Shown here one piece after another: positions 29,696-39,556 of a DNA stretch of 64,000 bases (position 1 is its first letter; each line of letters begins with the position of its first letter). This DNA is from an uncultured Acidobacteriota bacterium (GTDB lineage: Bacteria; Acidobacteriota; Terriglobia; UBA7540): contig CAWDSK010000001.1 of NCBI GenBank assembly GCA_963804995.1, forward strand, positions 544,001-608,000. Direction: 5' to 3'. The notes beneath the pieces were generated by a model. That model saw only the letters and a program-made list of their open reading frames with translations. It did no database searches and had not been told where the DNA came from. The position numbers were made by a program, and so were the translations under genes.

Positions 29696-31111
29696 TCACG
29701 CGTAAGAGTGCAATCCTGGCAGCAAATAAGTAACGCCGAAGAAGGTGAACATTACGACGGCGAAGCCGATGATGGCGAAATAGGCCGAGCGTCGTCTGCG
29801 CCACCCCCGCGTGAGCCGCATGTGCAGGTATCCGGCGTAGGTCAGCCAGGTAATCAGGGCCCAATCTTCTTTAGGATCCCAGCTCCAATACGAGCCCCAG
29901 GTGCGATTAGCCCAGTAAGCGCCGGCGATGATCATCAAGGTCAGCAGCGGAAAAGAAATCGCCACGGTTTTATAAATCATCTCGTCGAGCACATCGCGGT
30001 TGGGCAGGAAATTGGCGATGGTGTCGCGTTTCCAATTCAGCACCTGCCACGCGAGCGAAACGAACAGCGCCGTGACCACGCCTGCCAGCAGAAACGGGCT
30101 GGCTGCCAGATGCACGCCAAAGCTCTGCCCATATTGTGGAACCTCGTAGGGCCCTGCATTCACCTTGACCAACAGGAGCGCGAGCGACAGCGCCTGGGCG
30201 AAGAGCGTAGCCATGTACACGCGGCGCGCCAGGGTCTCCCAGCGCTCACTTGAAGCCGAAGACGTGCCCACCAGATTCAGCGCCAGCGTGGCCGCTGCGA
30301 GCGCCAGCACCAGAACGAAGGGCCAGCCCAGCCCCTCGAGGGGCACCATCAGCGCCTGGTGAGGAGCCTGCATTACTTTCTCATGCGCCGCGGCGTCCCA
30401 AGCGGGCAGCATCAGCGCCATGCCGCTCGATACAGAAGTCGCCGCGACGACGCCGTAGATGCCCACCACCAGCGCCGCGCTCCAACTGAGAAAGCTGCGG
30501 AGGGCGACGCCGTCTTTGATCAAATAAAGCAGCGCCACGGCAAACGAAATGGTGAAACCCGCGTAGCTCAGCATGGCGAGCGTCACGTGAATCTGCAACC
30601 AGGTGGATTGCAACGCCGGCACCAGGGGCCGAATCTCCCCCGGCAGCACCTGCATGAGGACGAGCGACAGCGCGGCGATGGGCACCGTGATAGCGCCCAG
30701 GAAGGGCAGCTCGAAATTCCATTCCGCCAGCTCGTGCAGCGCCACGACGCCCCAGGAAAACATCAGCACCATCTCATAGATATTCGAAAGGGGTGCGTGC
30801 CCCGAACTCGCCCAGCGCACCACAATCGCCGTGGTATGCAGCATGAAGCCGCCCCGCGTCAGCGCCACCGCGCCTGCCAACAGACCTGCCTGCCGCACCG
30901 CCGCCGCTAAAACGTACAACGCCGCCGCGCCCAGATAGGCAACGAGTGCCAAGTAGAGAAATTTCTCGCCCGTCAACCACCCCTCGCGTCCCACCAGGTG
31001 CGGGACGGAGATGGCTGTCACGGTCAGTACTGCCACGCTGACCACCAGAAGGATCCAGCTTGAGGCGCTCTGCTGGCCGCGGTCCGCGGTTTGTGTCATC
31101 GCTTTCGCCAT
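29696..31111 (-). CDS. ccsA: Cytochrome c biogenesis protein CcsA/ResC (system II)
   Basis: HAPLSNIYE, PALQSTWLQIHV, GAYWANRTWGSYWSWDPKE (WWD motif). Confidence 0.93.
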   Translation of the reverse strand: MAKAMTQTADRGQQSASSWILLVVSVAVLTVTAISVPHLVGREGWLTGEKFLYLALVAYLGAAALYVLAAAVRQAGLLAGAVALTRGGFMLHTTAIVVRWASSGHAPLSNIYEMVLMFSWGVVALHELAEWNFELPFLGAITVPIAALSLVLMQVLPGEIRPLVPALQSTWLQIHVTLAMLSYAGFTISFAVALLYLIKDGVALRSFLSWSAALVVGIYGVVAATSVSSGMALMLPAWDAAAHEKVMQAPHQALMVPLEGLGWPFVLVLALAAATLALNLVGTSSASSERWETLARRVYMATLFAQALSLALLLVKVNAGPYEVPQYGQSFGVHLAASPFLLAGVVTALFVSLAWQVLNWKRDTIANFLPNRDVLDEMIYKTVAISFPLLTLMIIAGAYWANRTWGSYWSWDPKEDWALITWLTYAGYLHMRLTRGWRRRRSAYFAIIGFAVVMFTFFGVTYLLPGLHSYA

Positions 31112-31194
31112 GTTCTGCTCCCTTGCTAAGTCTTGAACTGATCGCCGGCTTGCCGCGCTAGAAACCTTGAAGTTGAGAACTAAGTGAAGCACGC

Positions 31195-31340
31195 GTAGCG
31201 CGGTCCCCCGTTTTTGGGGTCCGCGGTTCTTCCTTTGGAAACTCCGAAAACCTTAAACCCGGGCGGCTTCTTCGCCACATTACATTTGCTCCCATGACGC
31301 ACGAAGAACCGCAGACCTCAAGAGCGGAGGTCTGCGCTAC
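31195..31340. repeat. GTAG-family REP pair (REPIN-like)
   Basis: Inverted REPs; the right 42 bp differ from 34528-34569 at 2 positions. Confidence 0.75.
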
Positions 31341-31426
31341 ACTTACTTCTTCCGCTCTATCATGCGCCGCAGTCATCTTCTCGGCGGGCGTCAGGACACG
31401 GCCAGTGTCGCGCCCCGACGCTTTTC

Positions 31427-32875
31427 TTATGCCGCCGAAACCGTTTCGGTTACACCCTCAGAGGTGTTCTGCAAAGCCTTCTCCAGCTCATCCGCCAGAT
31501 GCTGGAAGGTGCGCTCAAATTTCTCACGATACTTGCTGGGCTGGCCGCCGAGCAGCAGCACCGGGCGACCCTTGCGGTCGCTCGCCACCACCCCCCAGAT
31601 GCGGATGTGCGAGAGGTACAGCGCCATCATCAGGCCGGCGCACAGCACCAGGCAGCCGAGCCAGATCAACCCTTGCCCGGGCTCGCGAGCCACTTGCAAG
31701 CCCGTCATGTATTCCATGTCCAGGCTGACTAATCGAAAGTTTATGCCCGTATCGTTGGGTGCCTTCGTGTCGGGCGCCTTGGGCAGAATCCAGGCGGTCG
31801 TCGGCTTGTCGCCCGGCCGCGTAACTTGCAGGCGAATGGCGGGGTTATTGGGCTCAGCGGAACGCGAGGCGATCTGGTTGCCTTCCAGCACGAAATCGGG
31901 GATGAAGTCGCCCAATTCGACCGTCGCGCCCTGCTGACCGAGCGGCGCCGGCGTCCCGGGCGCCAGGGTAAGCGTCTGATATTTCTCTGCTCCCTTTTCG
32001 ACCCAACTCGCCTCCATCTCCAGCCGGCGCGGCGCGCCCGTGGAACCGTAAGAGGCCTGGAAGAAGCGCACTCCCTGGTAAGTCAGCGGATCGTTCACAG
32101 AGATCTGTTTGTGCGCCACCTCGTGGCCATTTTCTTCCACCGCCAGGCGGCTCCAATACTGTTGCGGTGAACCGTCAGGGTAACGGTCCATACCTGCCGC
32201 GTCGCAGCGGATCGTGAATGCCAGGCGTCGCGGCGTGCCCGGCATGGACAAAGGGTCGACCGTGTCGGTACGCATTCCCGGCTTCAAGTTTATAAATCCC
32301 CGGTAGCCGTGCGAGCCGTCAATGATTGCCCCCAAGAAAATCACCAACAGACTGGCATGAACCACATAAGGAGCCAGACGCGCCATGCGGTGCTTCTCAA
32401 TGTAGAGTGTTCCCTGGGCTAAGGGTTCCGGACGTGGCGGGTAACCGAGGGACCGCAGATGGCGGTTAGCCACCGCCACGGCTTCCGCCGGAGTGTGCTT
32501 GTCCAGAGGAATCTCACGCTGGAACGGCAGGGCACGGACGAAGACTGCGTCCGCCGAGAGGTGGGGCCGGACGTACAGTCGCCATACTTGCGGGAACCGC
32601 TCGATCGAGGCCAGGGTGATATTGGCTCCGAGCAACCCTAAGAGAAGTATGAACCACCAGGTATGGAAAACGTCGAACAGACCCAACGCGTTAAGCAGCC
32701 GGAGCGTGTGCGGAGCATAGATCTGCTCAATCTGCCCTTCCTGGGCCATAGGCTTTTGGAGAATTAGCGTCCCCAAGGTAACGGCCACGCCTAAGAAGCC
32801 AAGCAGTAGCAAGCCGCATTTCAGCGAGCTGAAGAATTGCAAGAACTTATCCAGACTTGATTGCCCTTTGACCAT
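31427..32875 (-). CDS. resB: Cytochrome c biogenesis protein ResB/CcsB
   Basis: FFSSLK, GTLILQ, DVFHTWWF, YVVHAS, VNDPLTYQG, TGLQVAREPG. Confidence 0.92.
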   Translation of the reverse strand: MVKGQSSLDKFLQFFSSLKCGLLLLGFLGVAVTLGTLILQKPMAQEGQIEQIYAPHTLRLLNALGLFDVFHTWWFILLLGLLGANITLASIERFPQVWRLYVRPHLSADAVFVRALPFQREIPLDKHTPAEAVAVANRHLRSLGYPPRPEPLAQGTLYIEKHRMARLAPYVVHASLLVIFLGAIIDGSHGYRGFINLKPGMRTDTVDPLSMPGTPRRLAFTIRCDAAGMDRYPDGSPQQYWSRLAVEENGHEVAHKQISVNDPLTYQGVRFFQASYGSTGAPRRLEMEASWVEKGAEKYQTLTLAPGTPAPLGQQGATVELGDFIPDFVLEGNQIASRSAEPNNPAIRLQVTRPGDKPTTAWILPKAPDTKAPNDTGINFRLVSLDMEYMTGLQVAREPGQGLIWLGCLVLCAGLMMALYLSHIRIWGVVASDRKGRPVLLLGGQPSKYREKFERTFQHLADELEKALQNTSEGVTETVSAA

Positions 32876-33222
32876 TAATCGCTCCTGCCGGTAATCGAAG
32901 TGCCGTCCTAAAGGGCGGCGCTACAGCACAACATTCGGCATCTCTATTGCCAACCGGGAAAAATTGTCCGGTTCCTCTATTCCCTTGAAAATGGGCAAGA
33001 AATCGGTCTGGATTTACTCCGCAGGTGAGTTTCCGACGACTTGGCGGGTTGAAATCTTGGGGCAAAAGCCTCATGGAATTGTGTGTGGATGCGCAATTTG
33101 TCCGCTTTCTGAACGTTAAATAAGTCCGCTTTCCCTATCTTTCAACAACATCTGAGTGGACAGAAAGGAACTCAAAATGCTGACAAAAGGGCGGTGCCGA
33201 AACGTTTTTTGGCTAGGAGACT

Positions 33223-33522
33223 ATGATGAAACCTTTTACTACCATGCCAGGCTCGACCGATGCGAAGGACTTTGTTGGGGGGCCGAGGGCTGTTGTTCCT
33301 ATTAAGGAGGTTACACCCATGGAGATGCAACCCACCTTCACGCTCACGTTCTCCGTCGGAACATCCATGCGGGAAATCCACGATACCGTCATCAAGACGA
33401 TTCTGCAGTACACGCGCCACAATCGCCTGCGTGCCGCTCAACTTCTGCAGATCAACCCCCGCACGATCCGGCGTCGCTTGGGCAAGAAGGAAGCAGCTGC
33501 GGCAGCAGTCCGCGCGGCTTAA
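33223..33522 (+). CDS. Small Fis-type HTH protein
   Basis: ILQYTRHNRLRAAQLLQINPRTIRRRL is an HTH_8 pattern. Confidence 0.75.
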   Translation: MMKPFTTMPGSTDAKDFVGGPRAVVPIKEVTPMEMQPTFTLTFSVGTSMREIHDTVIKTILQYTRHNRLRAAQLLQINPRTIRRRLGKKEAAAAAVRAA

Positions 33523-33771
33523 TACTTTTTATAGTTGTTACCACGGCTCCCGCCTCGGTGTGAGACGAGTGTCAATCCCTTGCAGTCCCTTCTGCCGGAT
33601 TCGCCCCGTTACCTCGTTGAGGCGGGTTAGCTAAGCATGCATGACAGAGTGTCATGTCCCCTGCCCGGCTTTCCCCTTCCCCCATAGGAAACCTTCCAGG
33701 ATTGGTGACTTACGTGCTCCTTGATTAATCGATCGTCTACTGAGCAGATTCACACGTTTGGATTTTGAGAT

Positions 33772-34245
33772 ATGTGGGATGCAGTCGAACAGCCCGGGTG
33801 GAAGGCAGAGAGTCCGGAGGAGAGGGAACCTCGGGGTGAGGTAATAACCGGCCGTATCCTGATTATCGACGACGACCCTCATTTCCTGAGAATTCTCCAA
33901 CGCATCCTCTCCGGTGAGCAGTTTGGTGTCACCGCGACCTCGAACTCCTGTGAGGCCATAGAACTTCTGCGTTCCAGCAATTTCGATTTGGCCATATGCG
34001 ATTTACGGATGCCTGATTGTGACGGTCTCAGCATTCTGCAGGCCCTCCGCAGCGGGGGGAGCGAGATTCCTGTGATTATCCTAACCGCGTATGGCGAGGT
34101 GGATACGTACCTCGAAGCCATGAACGCGGGCGCCACCGAATACCTGAACAAGCCCATTAAGTCTGAAGAACTGGTGCGGGTTGTCCGCAATTGCCTCCGC
34201 AAAGGTAATCACCGCCGCAACTCCAAGCGCCCCAACAACGTCTAG
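33772..34245 (+). CDS. Single-domain response regulator receiver
   Basis: ILIIDDD, CDLRMP, ILTAYG, YLNKP; start uncertain. Confidence 0.9.
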   Translation: MWDAVEQPGWKAESPEEREPRGEVITGRILIIDDDPHFLRILQRILSGEQFGVTATSNSCEAIELLRSSNFDLAICDLRMPDCDGLSILQALRSGGSEIPVIILTAYGEVDTYLEAMNAGATEYLNKPIKSEELVRVVRNCLRKGNHRRNSKRPNNV

Positions 34246-34406
34246 AACCCCTCTTTTTTCGCGCTATAGCGCCCCTGTAAATCGTGCTTCCACCCACATG
34301 CTCTGCGTGAAGGCTCACGGAAGTGGGCGTATTGGGGAATGCCGGGTGCGTTTTAACGACGCTGACTGCCTGGGAGCCGTTATGACTATTTGTGGATGAG
34401 GTGGCC

Positions 34407-34569
34407 GTAGCACAGCCACTCCTGGCTGTGTCTCCAAGCTCTGAACCTTGAGCCGCAGTCACAGGCAGGAGTGCCTGTGCACCCTGCGCGGCTTGCTTCT
34501 TCGCTTCGATCCATTTGCTCAAAGGGCGCACGAAGAACCGCAGACCTCAACGGCGGAGGTCTGCGCTAC
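34407..34569. repeat. Cluster of GTAG-family REPs
   Basis: GTAGCACAGCCACTCCTGGCTGTG with inverted CACAGGCAGGAGTGCCTGTG, then GCAGACCTC...GAGGTCTGCGCTAC. Confidence 0.65.
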
Positions 34570-34578
34570 ACAATCCTG

Positions 34579-36978
34579 CTAAACCTTCAACTCCACAATC
34601 GTTGCGCCTGCCCCGCCTTCCTGTTGTGACGCGGGGTAGAATTTTTCCACTTGGGGGTGACTTGAAAACATTTCATGCAGGGTCTTCCGCAAAATGCCTT
34701 TACCGAAACCGTGAATAATGCGCACCCGGGAACGGCCACCGAGAAACGCCTGGTCGAGAAACTTGTCCACGCGCTCGCGGGCCTCTTCCGCTGTGTTACC
34801 TATGACGTTGAATTCTTCCGAAACCTCCGGCGTGCTCCCGGCGGGGGCCGTCGCTTCCGGAGCCGTGGCGCCACCCGGCAGAAGCGGCCGGACCTCCTCC
34901 TTGCGGACGCGCATCTTGAGGTTGCCGATCGCCACTTCCAGGTTTTCCCCATCGAGCAAAGCCGTCACCGTCCCGGGGGTTGAGATATTCGGCAACTGCA
35001 CGCGGTCACCGACCGCCAGCAGCCTCACTACCGGCGTCGCCTCGGGTGTTTCCGAGGGCATGCCCAGAGCCTCCAGCACCTGCGCATTCCATTCTTCCCG
35101 AGCCTCGTGCACCAGGACCGTGGCTTTCCGCTCGCCCCGCGCCACCACCTTGGCGGGCGCCGCCTGCTTGCGCAACTCTTCGAGGGACTGCTCCCAATCC
35201 TTGGCGTACTGGCGGAGCGTGCTCTCCAGGCGGGAATCGAGTTCGCGCAATTTCGCCCGGCGGTCGCGTTCGAATTGCTGCTCCAACTTTTCGTGCTGCG
35301 CGGTCAACTCCTTCCGCTCCTCCACCAGGGTTTCGATGCGGCGCTCCATCTCCGTGCGTTGCTGGTGCAACCCGGCCACCAGGGCGGCCGCTTCCGCGTC
35401 CGCCGGATGGAGGAGCGACCGCGCTTTCTCCACGATCGAGGGCTCCAGTCCCAGGCGCGCCGCAATATCCAGCGCACTGGACTTGCCCGGCAATCCCACC
35501 AGCAATCGATAGGTGGGCTGGAGCGTGGCTTCATCAAACTCCATCGCGGCGTTCACGGCCGCCGCGGTCTCCGCCGCGTAAGCCTTCAGGCGCGAATGGT
35601 GCGTGCTCACGAGTGTCATCGAGCCACGCTCGCGAAAGTGTTCGAGGATGGCCACAGCCAGCGCCGCCCCTTCGTTGGGCTCCGTGCTGGCGCCGATTTC
35701 ATCGAGCAGGACCAGGTCGTTCCGGTCGCCCACTTGCGCCATGGCCTCGATATTCGTCACGTGCGCGGAAAACGTGCTGAGGTTCGCCGCGATGGATTGC
35801 TGGTCGCCGATGTCAGCCAGCACGCGCCCGAAGAGCGGCAGCTTGGCTTCGCTCGCGGGCACAGGGATCCCTGCCTGCGCCATGAGCACCGTAATCCCCA
35901 GAGTTTTGAGCGCCACGGTTTTTCCGCCCGTATTCGGCCCGCTGATAATCATGAGGGTGTGGGGCGCCTTCAGTTCCAGGCTCATGGGTACCGGCTGGCG
36001 TCGCTGGCTGCGCAGGGTCTTTACGAGCAGCGGGTGACGCACCTCGTGCAGCCACAGGTCTCGCTCCTCGCGGAATTCCGGAATGCAGCAGTCGTATTGG
36101 CGGCTGAATTCTCCCTTGGCGAAAGCCAGATCGATTTCGCTTACGATATCGGTGGCCCTGTTCAGGTCTTCGCGCCGCTCCTGTAATTTGCGGCTGTACT
36201 CGCCCAGGATGCGCTGCACCTCCTCAAACTCGCGGTCCTGCAATTCCACAAGTTCGTTGTTAATCCCCAGGGTCTCCAGGGGCTCAATGTAAACCGTGGC
36301 GCCCGAGGAACTGGTTCCGTGCACGACGCCTTGCACGCGGCGCTTGTCTTCCACGCGCACGGGAATCACAAAGCGGTCGTTACGGATAGTCACCACGGCG
36401 TCTTGCAGAACGTCCTCCTGCGCAAAGCGCCGCAACATGCGCTCCAGGCTCGACTGGATTTCCATCTTCAGCCGCTCGATGGACCGCCGGATTCGCGCGA
36501 GCTCCGGGCTGGCCGTGGATTCGAGCGTGCCATCGGGATTGATCTTCCCGCCCAGCTCCGCGACGAGACTGCGGAAATCCGGCAGGGTACGCGCCAGTTC
36601 CGCCAGGCGCGGCGTGGGGTGCTTCGCGAACGTCCGGTACATATCCAGCGCCCCGCGCGCCACCTCCACCACCGCCAGAATCTCCAGCGCCTCGAGCGCC
36701 ATGCCTTCCACGCGCAGCTTGTCAAGCAGGGGACGCGGGTCGTGCAACCCTCCCAGGCTGGGGCGAGGGCTCTCCCGCAGATAATCGTGCGTCTCACGTG
36801 CCAGTTCCAGATCCTGCCGCAGCCGGGCAAGATTCGCGTGCGGCTCAACCCGCCGAAGGAGCGGCTCACTGATCGGCCCGGAAAGATAGCCGTGCAGCAA
36901 CTCGATGACGGCGGCGAATTCCAGCACCTCGCGCGAGAAGGGATCGATCGGCTTGCGGGTCAATTCGGGCTCAGACAT
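34579..36978 (-). CDS. mutS2: Endonuclease MutS2
   Basis: SGPNTGGKT, DIGDQQSI, LSTFSAH, C-terminal Smr domain IIHGFGKG; ATG start MSEPEL. Confidence 0.95.
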   Translation of the reverse strand: MSEPELTRKPIDPFSREVLEFAAVIELLHGYLSGPISEPLLRRVEPHANLARLRQDLELARETHDYLRESPRPSLGGLHDPRPLLDKLRVEGMALEALEILAVVEVARGALDMYRTFAKHPTPRLAELARTLPDFRSLVAELGGKINPDGTLESTASPELARIRRSIERLKMEIQSSLERMLRRFAQEDVLQDAVVTIRNDRFVIPVRVEDKRRVQGVVHGTSSSGATVYIEPLETLGINNELVELQDREFEEVQRILGEYSRKLQERREDLNRATDIVSEIDLAFAKGEFSRQYDCCIPEFREERDLWLHEVRHPLLVKTLRSQRRQPVPMSLELKAPHTLMIISGPNTGGKTVALKTLGITVLMAQAGIPVPASEAKLPLFGRVLADIGDQQSIAANLSTFSAHVTNIEAMAQVGDRNDLVLLDEIGASTEPNEGAALAVAILEHFRERGSMTLVSTHHSRLKAYAAETAAAVNAAMEFDEATLQPTYRLLVGLPGKSSALDIAARLGLEPSIVEKARSLLHPADAEAAALVAGLHQQRTEMERRIETLVEERKELTAQHEKLEQQFERDRRAKLRELDSRLESTLRQYAKDWEQSLEELRKQAAPAKVVARGERKATVLVHEAREEWNAQVLEALGMPSETPEATPVVRLLAVGDRVQLPNISTPGTVTALLDGENLEVAIGNLKMRVRKEEVRPLLPGGATAPEATAPAGSTPEVSEEFNVIGNTAEEARERVDKFLDQAFLGGRSRVRIIHGFGKGILRKTLHEMFSSHPQVEKFYPASQQEGGAGATIVELKV

Positions 36979-37280
36979 GGTGGTGCGGTCATTGTAGCAG
37001 AGGCGGGGATGGGGAGTAGGCCGTAGGCAGCGAGCGGTAAGCCAGGGGCGCGGGATGCGAAGCTTTGGAGTGCGGCAGCTTGCTGCCGCTTTCCTCCCCG
37101 CGAGCTTGCTCGCGGCAATCTTCAACGTGGGCTCTATCGAGCCACGGCACGGCCAGCAAGCTGGCCTCTGGACTTTGGCCTTTAACTAGATAAAGGCTGT
37201 CGGAAAGTATTTACTTGCAGAAAAGCCAGTCTTCTGATATCTAGTTATATGACTAGATATTCCTCAAGGAGGCTTTTCTC

Positions 37281-37568
37281 ATGGGGTTCCCTACCAAAGT
37301 ACAGCTTATCAAACGCCAGGCGAGCGAGCAGTGGTACATCAACTTTCCTTCCGCCCTCGCCCAAGCCATGGAGTTTGCGCGCGGCGAATCGGTCGAATGG
37401 TTCGTCGAAAACAAAGGTCTGCTGGCCCTGCGACGAGCCTCGCCGCCGCCTTCCGTGCTAAAAAAAACTCTACCGGCGTCCTCGCCGAACTCGAACAACT
37501 CTGGAGCCAATGTTTCCCGGGCTTCCGCCAGCGCCGCGTTGCCGCGCACGCCCAAGCCCTCGCGCTGA
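37281..37568 (+). CDS. IS orfA, AbrB/MazE-like DNA-binding domain
   Basis: TKVQ...QWYINFPSALAQAMEFARGESVEW fits the swapped-hairpin pattern; AGGAGG RBS. Confidence 0.7.
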   Translation: MGFPTKVQLIKRQASEQWYINFPSALAQAMEFARGESVEWFVENKGLLALRRASPPPSVLKKTLPASSPNSNNSGANVSRASASAALPRTPKPSR

Positions 37569-38908
37569 GCACCTTGCTTTGTCTGGGACGCCATACCGTG
37601 ACCGGTCTGCTCACCACTTGCGGCCTGCAGTTCCGTGACTGGACCTCCAGTTACCGGCTCTTCTCCCAGCACCGTCTGCGGGTTGAGGCGCTCTTCTCCG
37701 TGGTGCGCCGCGCGGTGGTGAGCGAACTCGCACCCGGCGCTCCCGTCTGCGCCCTCCTCGATGACTCGCTGTTGCGTCGTTCCGGTCGGCGCACTCCCGG
37801 GGTGGCTTGGCGCCGCGACCCGCTGGGCCCGCGCTTTCAAACCAACTTCGTGCGCGCCCAGCGTTTTCTTCAAACCTCCCTCGCGCTCCCCACTCCCGAC
37901 GGCTCCTGCCGCTTGCTCCCCATTGCTTTCCGCCATGCCCCCACGCCCCGCAAGCCTTCCCGGCAGGCCCCCGCCGCCGAGCAGCAGCAGTACCGCACCC
38001 AAGCGCGCGCTGCCCGCCTCGGTCAACGCGCCAGCGAACAGATCCACGATCTGCGTGCGGCCCTTGACTCCGATCCCGCCTCCGCTTCGCGCCTTCTCCT
38101 CGTCGCCTTCGATGGCGGATACACCAACCGCACCGTCCTCAAACGCCTTCCTCCCCATACCACCGCCATCGGCCGGCTCCGCAAAGATGCTCAGTTGCTG
38201 TTCCGGCCCGATCCCCAAACCCAAAAGGCGCGCGGTCGCCGTCTCTGCTACGGGCCTCCCGCTCCCACTCCCGAGCAGGTCCGCACCGACGATGCTCCCT
38301 GGCAGACCTTGACCTTTACCCATCACGGCATTCCCCATCAACTCCGCTTCAAGCGCCGCACCGGCCTCCTGTGGCGTGCCGCCGGCGCCCACCAATTCCT
38401 GCAACTTGTCGTCATCGCGCCGCTCGCCTATCGTCTGCGCCAAGGTTCCAAGCTGCTCTATCGCCAACCCGCCTTCCTCCTCTGCACCGACGAAAACCTC
38501 GACCCCCAACTCCTCATCACAACTTACTTCCAACGCTGGGACATTGAAGTTAATTTCCGCGATGAAAAAACTCTGCTGGGAGTGGGCCAAGCCCAGGTCC
38601 GCTCCCCCCATTCGGTCGAGTCTGCCCCCGCCTTCACCGTGGCCGCCTATGCCCTCTTGCTCCTCGCTACCCATCGCGCCTTCGCCCGTACCCGCCACGG
38701 CCTGCTGCCGCGCCCCAAGTGGATCCACGCTGCCCCCACTGCCCGCATCTCCACCCAACACGCCATCCATCAACTGCGCGCCGAGGTCTGGGGCCGGGGA
38801 CTGGGTCTCGATCATTTCTCCGGCTTCGCGCCTCCCCAACCCTCTACAACGAAGCCCCAGAATTGTACCTTCCCCCTCGCCTCCGCCCTCTGCTACGCCA
38901 ATGCTTGA
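37460..38908 (+). CDS. IS orfB, DDE transposase, probably reached by a -1 frameshift from orfA
   Basis: LLDDS, AFDGGY, YFQRWDIEVNFRDEK (YREK signature); no good independent start. Confidence 0.85.
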   Translation, partial: KKNSTGVLAELEQLWSQCFPGFRQRRVAAHAQALALSTLLCLGRHTVTGLLTTCGLQFRDWTSSYRLFSQHRLRVEALFSVVRRAVVSELAPGAPVCALLDDSLLRRSGRRTPGVAWRRDPLGPRFQTNFVRAQRFLQTSLALPTPDGSCRLLPIAFRHAPTPRKPSRQAPAAEQQQYRTQARAARLGQRASEQIHDLRAALDSDPASASRLLLVAFDGGYTNRTVLKRLPPHTTAIGRLRKDAQLLFRPDPQTQKARGRRLCYGPPAPTPEQVRTDDAPWQTLTFTHHGIPHQLRFKRRTGLLWRAAGAHQFLQLVVIAPLAYRLRQGSKLLYRQPAFLLCTDENLDPQLLITTYFQRWDIEVNFRDEKTLLGVGQAQVRSPHSVESAPAFTVAAYALLLLATHRAFARTRHGLLPRPKWIHAAPTARISTQHAIHQLRAEVWGRGLGLDHFSGFAPPQPSTTKPQNCTFPLASALCYANA

Positions 38909-38992
38909 ACTGCAAAAGGCCAAAGGCCAGCGGCCAGCAAGCTGGCCTGACCAAAAACGGTAGCAAGCTGCCGCACTCCAAAGAAGGGGCTC

Positions 38993-39550
38993 CTAAACCG
39001 ACTGCGCCTCGTCTTCCTCGATTTCGGGGAGCATTTCCGCGGGCTCGCTCTTGGGCAGGTCTGTAGCGGACGACTTCTTGCCGCGCCGCATGGCCACGAT
39101 TCCCGTGCGCACCATTTCCATGACACCGTAAGGGCGAAGCGCGTCCAGGAGCCCATCGATCTTGTCCTCGGCGCCGGTGATTTCAATGGTCAGCGACTCC
39201 GGTGAAACATCCACGACGCGGGCCCGGAACACTCCCACCAACTGAAGAAGGTGAGAACGCTCATCGTGCTTGGCCGCCACTTTGATCATGGCCAGGTCGC
39301 GGACGATGGCGCGCGTGTGGGTGAGGTTTTCCACCAGCAGAACGTTGACCAGCTTGTACAGGCTCGCCTCGATGCGGCGCGCCTGATCCTGGTCAGCGTC
39401 CACCGTGATGGTCATGCGTGAGACTTCCGGCTTCTCCGTCCGCCCCACGGTCAGCGAATCGATGTTAAAGGCTCGGCGCCGGAACAGCGACGCCACCCGG
39501 GTCAACACGCCCGGCTTGTTTTCGACATGCACCACAAAAGTTCTTAGCAT
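38993..39550 (-). CDS. ilvN: Acetolactate synthase small subunit
   Basis: VENKPGVLTRVASLFRRRAFNIDSL ACT domain. Confidence 0.96.
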   Translation of the reverse strand: MLRTFVVHVENKPGVLTRVASLFRRRAFNIDSLTVGRTEKPEVSRMTITVDADQDQARRIEASLYKLVNVLLVENLTHTRAIVRDLAMIKVAAKHDERSHLLQLVGVFRARVVDVSPESLTIEITGAEDKIDGLLDALRPYGVMEMVRTGIVAMRRGKKSSATDLPKSEPAEMLPEIEEDEAQSV

Positions 39551-39556
39551 AGGGGC

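Larger units (their letters stand above)
37168..38930 (+). mobile_element. Complete IS4/IS701-like insertion sequence (1763 bp)
   Basis: TIRs CTGG(A/C)CTTTGGCCTTT; exact 18-bp flanking direct repeat CGGCCAGCAAGCTGGCCT at 37150-37167 and 38931-38948. Confidence 0.9.
37063..38983. repeat. REP-like palindromic element interrupted by an IS
   Basis: Arms 37063-37088 CTTTGGAGTGCGGCAGCTTGCTGCCG and 38958-38983 are inverted and match 25/26. Confidence 0.8.

Noticed and set aside
36979..37125. N-terminal extension of MutS2 in the ORF track
   Set aside because: Translates REP-like repeat sequence; the ATG at 36978 is the more plausible start.
37253..38923. 556-aa ORF on the minus strand
   Set aside because: Antisense shadow of the GC-rich transposase with no recognisable motifs.
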